From positions 30,001 through 62,000 of the forward strand of contig NZ_PQWO01000013.1 in NCBI RefSeq assembly GCF_003231495.1: a stretch of DNA of 32,000 bases. The letters run 5' to 3'. Positions 26,131 through 32,000 of this stretch are shown piece by piece (within the stretch, counting starts at the first letter, position 1; every line of letters begins with the position of its first letter). A program made the translations under genes and the position numbers. The DNA comes from Acaryochloris thomasi RCC1774 (GTDB lineage Bacteria; Cyanobacteriota; Cyanobacteriia; Thermosynechococcales; Thermosynechococcaceae). Below the pieces are notes generated by a model that saw nothing but the letters and a program-made list of their open reading frames with translations, was not told where the DNA came from and ran no database searches.

Positions 26131-28746
26131 ATGTCGAACATAGCTGCAAGACTGGAAGTCTATCAGGGGAGCGTTTTAGTTCAAACGATTCACCTCAGTC
26201 AGGGATCTGTAACGCTGGGGCGAGCGCCGGACAACACGGTGCCACTCAATGATGATCTCACGGTTTCCCGCCGTCACGCTCAAGTTGTTTGGTCTACCGA
26301 TCACTATGTTCTGACCGATCTGTCGAGTTCGGTCGGCACCTCTGTTAACGATGTCAAGCTTGTCCCCCATCAACCTCAAGCGTTGGTGAATTGCGATCGC
26401 ATCTCCATCGGCACCTTTGAGCTGGTCTTTCAAGAATCCGCCGTCGGGCCAAAGCAAGCAGCCCCCAACCAAACCCTCAACCTCAAAGGTCGTCAGACTC
26501 TAAGTCTGGGGCGCGACCCGCTCAACGACATGATCATTGATCATCCCGCTTCCTCTCGCTTCCATGCCCAGATTCAAAAAGCGAAGGGAGACTATCTACT
26601 CGAAGATCTGAGCTCTACGAACGGAACTTTCGTAAACGGCAAACCCCTCTCAGAGCGGCGCGTTTTAAAGGTGGGAGATGTGATCCGCATCGGTCCGACT
26701 CATCTAACATTCAATGTTGATGAGACTCTCTTCAAGGTAAATGAGGCTGGAAATCTGCGCTTAGACGCCATCGACCTCAATAAAAAAATCAGCAAAGGAC
26801 TCAATTTACTAAACAATATTTCCCTTTCGATTCAGGCCCGCGAATTTGTTGCGATCGCAGGGGTGAGCGGCGGCGGTAAATCAACGCTGCTCGACGCCCT
26901 CAACGGATTTCGCCCCGCCACCAGTGGCTATGTACTCGTCAACGGGACTGACCTCTATAAAAACTTCAACGCCTACCGAAACGAAATCGGCTACGTGCCC
27001 CAGCGGGACATTGTTCATATGGAGTTGACAGTGGAGCAGGCCCTTGATTTCGCAGGCAAACTAAGGATGCCTGCCGACACCACCCGGGCCGAACGCAAGC
27101 AGCGCGTTGATGAAGTGCTCGTTGACCTAAACTTGAGCGCGCGCCGATCGGTACCGATTAAATCTCTGAGTGGCGGACAGCTAAAGCGCGTCTCCATCGG
27201 CGTAGAGCTGCTGACCAAGCCCAGTTTATTCTTCTTAGACGAGGCAACGTCGGGTTTAGACCCAGGCACTGAAACAGAGCTGATGCAGCTTTTGCGTAAG
27301 CTGGCCGATCAGGGCCGCACTATTTTGCTGATTACCCACGCTACTGAAAACGTCACGCTTTGTGATCAGGTTGTTTTTATGGCGCGAGGGGGTAATCTTG
27401 CTTACTTTGGCCCCCCCCAGGAAGCCACCCAGCACTTTGAAGTGGAGCGGTTTAACCAAATTTATCGGCGGGTTGAACATGAGCGCTCTCCAGAAGACTG
27501 GCATCAGACCTTTCAAAACTCACCGCAGCACCAGCGATATGTGGTCGAGCGCCAGCAGAACCTAGAACAGAGGAGCAAACCCCAGGGCAGGCGACTACGA
27601 CAGCAGGCACCTGGCGCAAATGTTAAGCGGGTTTCGGCTTGGAGACAGTTCCTAATCTTGTCTCAGCGGAATCTAGCGATTTTAGGACGCGATCGCATCA
27701 ATCTGATGCTGATGCTGGCGGTGGCCCCACTGATCGGTCTCTTAGATTTGATGACCTGGCGCAAGCCCTTATTCAGTACCGCAGACGGTACCCCCAGCCT
27801 GACGGTAACGATGCTGTTTACCACCGTGTTGTTCGCCGTCATGGTCGGGAGCTTGCCTGCTATGCGCGAAATTGTCAAAGAAATTGATATCTATAAACGA
27901 GAGCGCATTATTGGGCTGCAGATTATCCCCTACGTCCTTTCTAAAGTTTGGCTGAGCGTTGTTTTGGCGCTTTACCAGGCCGGTGTCTTTTTGCTATTCA
28001 AGGTAATTGCCGTCTCTGACTTTCCGACAGCTCCCAATATTTTGCTTGGGATGTACGTGACGCTAGTGCTGGCCTTCATTGGTGGAATGCTCATGGGGCT
28101 ATTCGGCTCAGCAATAGCTCCTAATCCGGGGGTTGCACCACTGCTAGTTCTCATCTTTTTGCTGCCGCAGATTATCTTTGGCGGTGGCGTTTTTCCTTTA
28201 GATACCTTTGGTCCCTCAGGGCAAGTGTTCAATCAATTCGCATTAACAAAATGGCCCTTTGAAGTCTTGGTGACTCTCTCTGATATGGGGCAAGATATTG
28301 CCAAAGACCCCTGCTGGATTCAGGTCATCAACGAAGAAAAAAAACTTGCTGATTTTGACGATCAGGCCAAGCAAGACTGTCCCTGCATGGGCGAGAGTAT
28401 TTTCAAGGACTGTGAGTTCCCCGGCATTCGTACCTCCTATAAGCCGGTTGTCGATGACCCCGAACCCACTGAGCCAACGAAACCAACGGGCACAGATGCC
28501 CGCTCGGCTTCTGTCCAGGACCAGTATGAGGCAGATCTCGATCAGTACCAAGAAGACTTCACGGAATGGACGCTGGAGCGTGAGGGAGCCATTAGCACGG
28601 CAGAAGGTAAGGTAGACGGCATTGCCAAGAAGTTTAGTCAGACTTTTGACGTTAATGTCCGTCAACACCTGATTATCTTTAGCAGTTTTCTGATGAGCAT
28701 TCTGGGACTCATTTTAGCGGTACAGAAAATCAAAGATGTCCTATAG
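26131..28746 (+). CDS. FHA-FHA-ABC transporter (ATPase fused to ABC-2/ABCG-like permease)
   Basis: Two FHA domains (LGRAPDN..SRRHAQV..GTSVN and LGRDPLND..SRFHAQI..STNGTFVNG). NBD motifs: Walker A GVSGGGKST, signature LSGGQLKRV, Walker B LFFLDEATSGLD. About 6 TM helices follow. Confidence 0.9.
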   Translation: MSNIAARLEVYQGSVLVQTIHLSQGSVTLGRAPDNTVPLNDDLTVSRRHAQVVWSTDHYVLTDLSSSVGTSVNDVKLVPHQPQALVNCDRISIGTFELVFQESAVGPKQAAPNQTLNLKGRQTLSLGRDPLNDMIIDHPASSRFHAQIQKAKGDYLLEDLSSTNGTFVNGKPLSERRVLKVGDVIRIGPTHLTFNVDETLFKVNEAGNLRLDAIDLNKKISKGLNLLNNISLSIQAREFVAIAGVSGGGKSTLLDALNGFRPATSGYVLVNGTDLYKNFNAYRNEIGYVPQRDIVHMELTVEQALDFAGKLRMPADTTRAERKQRVDEVLVDLNLSARRSVPIKSLSGGQLKRVSIGVELLTKPSLFFLDEATSGLDPGTETELMQLLRKLADQGRTILLITHATENVTLCDQVVFMARGGNLAYFGPPQEATQHFEVERFNQIYRRVEHERSPEDWHQTFQNSPQHQRYVVERQQNLEQRSKPQGRRLRQQAPGANVKRVSAWRQFLILSQRNLAILGRDRINLMLMLAVAPLIGLLDLMTWRKPLFSTADGTPSLTVTMLFTTVLFAVMVGSLPAMREIVKEIDIYKRERIIGLQIIPYVLSKVWLSVVLALYQAGVFLLFKVIAVSDFPTAPNILLGMYVTLVLAFIGGMLMGLFGSAIAPNPGVAPLLVLIFLLPQIIFGGGVFPLDTFGPSGQVFNQFALTKWPFEVLVTLSDMGQDIAKDPCWIQVINEEKKLADFDDQAKQDCPCMGESIFKDCEFPGIRTSYKPVVDDPEPTEPTKPTGTDARSASVQDQYEADLDQYQEDFTEWTLEREGAISTAEGKVDGIAKKFSQTFDVNVRQHLIIFSSFLMSILGLILAVQKIKDVL

Positions 28747-29118
28747 ATTGCAGAACAACTTCTAATTCTTATCAAAGAAGTGACATGCTCCCCAGGGTAG
28801 GCACAAGAAGCAATAAGGCATCTCTTGTTGAGAGTAGGTGCGCTATTTTTTCAATAATATGAACTCGTCAAGAATAGTGGCGTGCTGGAATCCGTGGTTT
28901 CGGACTGAGGCTGAACTTGATTTAAGAAATGTACACAATCGACACTTTTTTCTTACGCTTATCCTGACACGATCCCCAAGCGATCTATCACTCTCTTCTA
29001 TAATATTTACCTTGCCACTTCTGCGGTCTGGCTCAATTATTGACAAGCTCGAAGCTAGAACGGTAGGATATTTTTATTCCTCCGTAAAAATAGACTAAGC
29101 CATTAAAGAGAGCTAAGT

Positions 29119-30174
29119 ATGTTTAGAATCTCAGGCGAGAAGTTTAATACATTACTAAAGCAAGTCCGTCATCCCGACAAAATAATTAATGATCTTGGGA
29201 TGCGTGTTGGATATTTACTAAAACTCAAACATTTACCTTTTTTGCCATCAAGCTTAGAAGTTGAACCCATAAATAGCTGTAATTTTCGTTGTCCTCACTG
29301 CCAGGTTACCCATTGGGACAAGGAAGCTCTCAAACTCAAGATTGATAGATTTGAGGCAATTCTCAAGCAATTGCCGAAGCTAATTTGGGTCAAGCTTCAA
29401 GGCATGGGAGAACCTTTGCTCAATAGAGAGCTAATTCCCATGCTTGAGTTGGGGGAGTCTAAAAACATCAAAATGAGCCTTACGACAAATGGCTCTCTGT
29501 TGAGTGGCAAAGCAGCTCATTCGCTGGCGGATCTAACAAACACTTCCATTAACGTCAGTATTGATGGAGCATCTGCTCAAACATTTGAGCAGATAAGGGT
29601 GGGGGGCAAATTCGATGTTGTTTGCAAAAACATAAAAGAATTCATGAATTTAGTCGATCATAAAAACAAGTCGAATATCAATGCTTGGATGGTCTTGACT
29701 AAACGGAACTTTCATGAAGCAGATGATGTGGTAAAGCTTGTCAAAGAGCTAGGTCTTAAGTCGTTAACGCTTCAAATATTTATAAATGACTGGGGTAAAG
29801 ACGATCTGTCTGAATATGCTGACAGTATAAGTCTTGTTTCTGATGAAAGTTTCTCAAAGCAGCTCAATCAAGTCCTTTCTCAAGTGAAAGAAACTGCCGC
29901 AAAAGAAGATGTTGATTTAAGGGTCTTTGATGGAGACTTTTATACAGAGTCAAATATCTGCTCATGGCCGTGGAAATCCTCGTATATATGCTCCAACGGA
30001 GATGTTGTTCCCTGCTGCATGCTTGCCGACTCTGATACAGTAAAAATGGGAAATGTGTTTGAAGAAGACTTTAAAGATATTTGGAATTCAGAAAAGTACC
30101 AAGATTTTCGAGTCCGTCACATCAAGCACGATTTACCAAGCTATTGTCAGCATTGTTATACAGACGTTTCTTGA
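29119..30174 (+). CDS. Radical SAM enzyme with C-terminal SPASM/twitch-like Cys cluster
   Basis: CNFRCPHC (CX3CX2C) at aa 54-61. C-terminal CSWPWKSSYICSNGDVVPCC (CX12GX4C pattern) plus YCQHCY. AAAGAGAG lies upstream of the ATG. GC content is markedly low. Confidence 0.85.
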   Translation: MFRISGEKFNTLLKQVRHPDKIINDLGMRVGYLLKLKHLPFLPSSLEVEPINSCNFRCPHCQVTHWDKEALKLKIDRFEAILKQLPKLIWVKLQGMGEPLLNRELIPMLELGESKNIKMSLTTNGSLLSGKAAHSLADLTNTSINVSIDGASAQTFEQIRVGGKFDVVCKNIKEFMNLVDHKNKSNINAWMVLTKRNFHEADDVVKLVKELGLKSLTLQIFINDWGKDDLSEYADSISLVSDESFSKQLNQVLSQVKETAAKEDVDLRVFDGDFYTESNICSWPWKSSYICSNGDVVPCCMLADSDTVKMGNVFEEDFKDIWNSEKYQDFRVRHIKHDLPSYCQHCYTDVS

Positions 30175-30191
30175 GAAGATGCAGGGCTGTT

Positions 30192-30965
30192 TTAAGTTAG
30201 CAGCGAAAAAATAGAGTCTACTCGGTTAGCGAGCTTAGTGAGCGCGGTTTTGAGCGACTGGTAGCCCTTCAATCTCAGAATGTTAATAGCAAGGGTTCTA
30301 AAAAGTAACCAATTGAGCAAGACCTGTTCATCTTCAAGGCGATAATCATCTTCTCCAAAGACAACATCCTTGAGCCAATGGAGCCGATTTTTAATGCCCC
30401 AATGCCCCCTCACCGGCGATAGCCACTGGTGGGCACAAGCTAATGCTGAAATGAGCAAGCCATCTATCTGTAGCGTTTCGAGCGGTGTCTGCAGCACTTT
30501 AATCTCGCTACTGCCTTATTGGGTCAGTGCCTCTAGCTTCAAGGTGACGCCCACTTCGACGGCAAACAGACTCACTAGTCCCACAAACCGCTCTTTGCCA
30601 GCGGCATTCGTGAGACGTTGCCGAATGCGCTTGTCGTCAATGGAAGCAACACGATTGTCAGGGCTATCAATTGCGCCTTGAGACCCCATCCAATGCTCAA
30701 ATTGGTGGCTCAGAGCGAGAAAGTCAAGGCCCAGCATCACACGCCAAAAGGTTGAGTAGGAAGGAGCTGCGAGTTCCTTAAAGCCCAATAGTTGGCACAA
30801 TGACCGATGATGCTCTTCGACAAAGGTCTGGAGGGGACGGTAGCCATGATACCCAGCGAGTATCCCCATAATGATCAATAGCAACAGAACCCATAAGGGA
30901 TAGGACTTACCACGAGCTTTGCGAAAGTCTAGAATTTGCTTGAGTTCTGCAATCAGGCTCGACAT
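30192..30965 (-). pseudogene. ISAs1-family (H-repeat-associated) transposase remnant
   Basis: Two same-frame ORFs (30516-30965 and 30192-30497) are separated by an in-frame TAA at 30516-30518. The N-terminus matches the ISAs1 pattern (DFRKARGKSYPLWVLLLLIIMGILAG; SIDDKRIR). The C-terminus matches HWGIKNRLHWLKDVVFGEDD..AINIL. About 130 aa of DDE core are missing between ISALACAHQ and RGHWGI. Confidence 0.72.
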
Positions 30966-31000
30966 GAATCATTCCACAATCAAGGTTGGAGTGATTCATG
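30963..31000 (-). promoter_or_regulatory. Hairpin overlapping the transposase start codon
   Basis: CATGAATCATTCC (30963-30975) pairs with GGAGTGATTCATG (30988-31000) as a 13-bp stem with one G-T wobble and a 12-nt loop. The stem includes the transposase ATG (30965-30963, minus strand). Confidence 0.5.
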
Positions 31001-31052
31001 TTTTTCTACTGTCACTTCAAGAACCCTGGTAGAAGACAAGGTTATCAGTTAA

Positions 31053-31418
31053 GGTAGCGCCCTCAATCGCGGTCTGCTAACGCAAGCTGTTGTCGATGCC
31101 TATGCCCGCCGATCAGAGATCAAGGGCAATCATTTATTTGGAAAAGAAAGCTGTCCCCACTGTCAGCGTGCGAAGCAATACATGGCTGAGGCAGGCATTC
31201 AGTACACTCATCACGATGTCATTCGAGAACTACGCAGCCTCTACGAAATGCTCGCCAGAGTAATGCCAATACTGGGTCATAAAACACCGATCACGGTGCC
31301 GCAAATTTGGCTGAACGGTCAGTATGTTGGCGGCGCCGATCATCTGGGTGCCCAGATCTACTCGGGTACATGCTCGCTAGGGTCTCTTGTGCGGCTATTC
31401 TCTTGCGCTCTGGCTTAG
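31053..31418 (+). CDS. Glutaredoxin-like protein, 5' end unresolved (possibly truncated or non-canonical start)
   Basis: The frame is open from 31053. HLFGKESCPHCQRAKQYMAEAGIQY and TVPQIWLNGQYVGGADHL are glutaredoxin-like. The first ATG (31182) lies downstream of CPHC, and no in-frame ATG, GTG or TTG occurs between 31053 and 31181. Confidence 0.55.
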   Translation, partial: GSALNRGLLTQAVVDAYARRSEIKGNHLFGKESCPHCQRAKQYMAEAGIQYTHHDVIRELRSLYEMLARVMPILGHKTPITVPQIWLNGQYVGGADHLGAQIYSGTCSLGSLVRLFSCALA

Positions 31419-31435
31419 ACCTGCCAGGTCGTTGA

Positions 31436-31867
31436 CTAGGGTAGCCACTGCCCGCCTCGAAACCGCCAGCGAGGAAAGATCAGGCGCATCAAGCTCTGGG
31501 AGACCATAAAAACGCTCAGCCAAACCAAGCCATAATGGAGGCTAAACCACCCCAGGTTAAAGTCTTCGATTCCCGGTAGCCTAGCTTGAAAAATTTCAAA
31601 AAGAAGAACGAAGAAAAACCACTCCCATAGCGCAGCAAACCACTGCAGAGCGGCAGGCCAGTCATGGTCCCAGCGCCACTGCTGCAGCGCGTGGTAGAGG
31701 GCATCCCAGGCAATCCCAAACAGTAAAATATATTGCAGATAAAAGAAGGGCGCGAGACCAAAGCCGGGTCCAAGGATGCCGACACAAAAAAATAGCGTAA
31801 CCGTCAGTCCTACGGTTTCTAGTAGCAAGATTCGGGTTTGCCAACGTCCAAAAAGAGTGGGGGTCAT
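31436..31867 (-). CDS. Hypothetical integral membrane protein
   Basis: 4 hydrophobic, Trp-rich segments. The start is taken at M24 (MTPTLFGRWQTR) because an upstream same-strand frame appears to end at TGA 31880-31878. Confidence 0.55.
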   Translation of the reverse strand: MTPTLFGRWQTRILLLETVGLTVTLFFCVGILGPGFGLAPFFYLQYILLFGIAWDALYHALQQWRWDHDWPAALQWFAALWEWFFFVLLFEIFQARLPGIEDFNLGWFSLHYGLVWLSVFMVSQSLMRLIFPRWRFRGGQWLP

Positions 31868-31877
31868 GGTCTTTGAT

Positions 31878-32000
31878 TCACGAGGGTGTTTGGTTGTTGA
31901 TCCAGCGGAGCCATTGGCTGAGGGAATGGAGGCCATCCAGCCGTTTTACACCGGGTGCCCGCGCGGTGACGAGGCCATCCACGGCTCTTAAGGCGGAGTA
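31878..32000 (-). CDS. 3' end of an unidentified gene running off the window (partial)
   Basis: A minus-strand frame is open from the window edge (YSALRAVDGLVTARAPGVKRLDGLHSLSQWLRWINNQTPS*). It ends 10 nt before the next gene's ATG. Product not recognised. Confidence 0.3.
   Translation of the reverse strand, partial: YSALRAVDGLVTARAPGVKRLDGLHSLSQWLRWINNQTPS

Larger units (their letters stand above)
299..27696. repeat. Dispersed HIP1 octamers (GCGATCGC), 22 copies
   Basis: Hand-located copies start at 299, 780, 1926, 3775, 4074, 7585, 7915, 8448, 9252, 11456, 13222, 13495, 16509, 17566, 19158, 20609, 21005, 22510, 26114, 26393, 26851 and 27689. Chance expectation for one 8-mer in 32 kb is about 0.5 (32000/65536). 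Confidence 0.9.

Noticed and set aside
28838-29098. 86-aa ORF as a confident radical SAM precursor peptide or gene
   Set aside because: It has no Cys-rich or repeat core, no clear RBS and no recognisable family. I keep it only as a place to look, not as a feature.
30175-31052. Terminal inverted repeats or target-site duplication of the ISAs1 element
   Set aside because: Comparing 30175-30205 with the reverse complement of 31000-31052 gave only patchy identity (CTTG, CAGGG) and a shared AGAAGA. That is not enough to define the ends.
31776-31991. 71-aa plus-strand ORF
   Set aside because: It is antisense to the membrane-protein gene and to the partial minus-strand frame reaching the window edge. 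No motifs.
1-32000. CRISPR arrays, rRNA and tRNA genes
   Set aside because: I saw no regularly spaced direct repeats, no rRNA-like conserved blocks and no cloverleaf-compatible segments on reading the intergenic regions.

Overview
This looks like a cyanobacterial chromosomal window. Evidence: 22 copies of the HIP1 octamer GCGATCGC, plus petG, an hli-type gene and a Gap2-type GAPDH. I can support about 40 genes, mostly housekeeping or conserved cyanobacterial genes: folP, lexA, pyrF, radC, gap2, moeA, rsmD, hisH, pdxH, trmO, and rhomboid, thioredoxin-like and isochorismatase-family genes. I found no rRNA, tRNA or CRISPR array. Five regions deserve a second look. (1) A Hanks-type Ser/Thr kinase with an N-terminal 4-Cys zinc ribbon lies 71 nt upstream of an 871-aa protein with the order FHA-FHA-ABC ATPase-ABC2 permease. 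This resembles the mycobacterial PknF/Rv1747 pair and, to my knowledge, is uncharacterised in cyanobacteria. (2) A roughly 2.3 kb low-GC, HIP1-free islet (28747-31052) carries an orphan radical SAM/SPASM-like enzyme and a dead ISAs1 transposase. It abuts a glutaredoxin-like ORF that has no canonical start codon upstream of its CPHC site. (3) A three-gene minor-pilin operon (PilV-like, FimT/GspH-like, PilW-like) has unusual C-terminal extensions. The gene before it contains an MshEN-like tandem motif and is a candidate c-di-GMP receptor. (4) A consensus cyanobacterial LexA box sits on the lexA promoter. (5) Two real small genes (hli, petG) are missing from the ORF track. All coordinates were derived by hand, and all family assignments rest on motif recognition from memory, not database searches.
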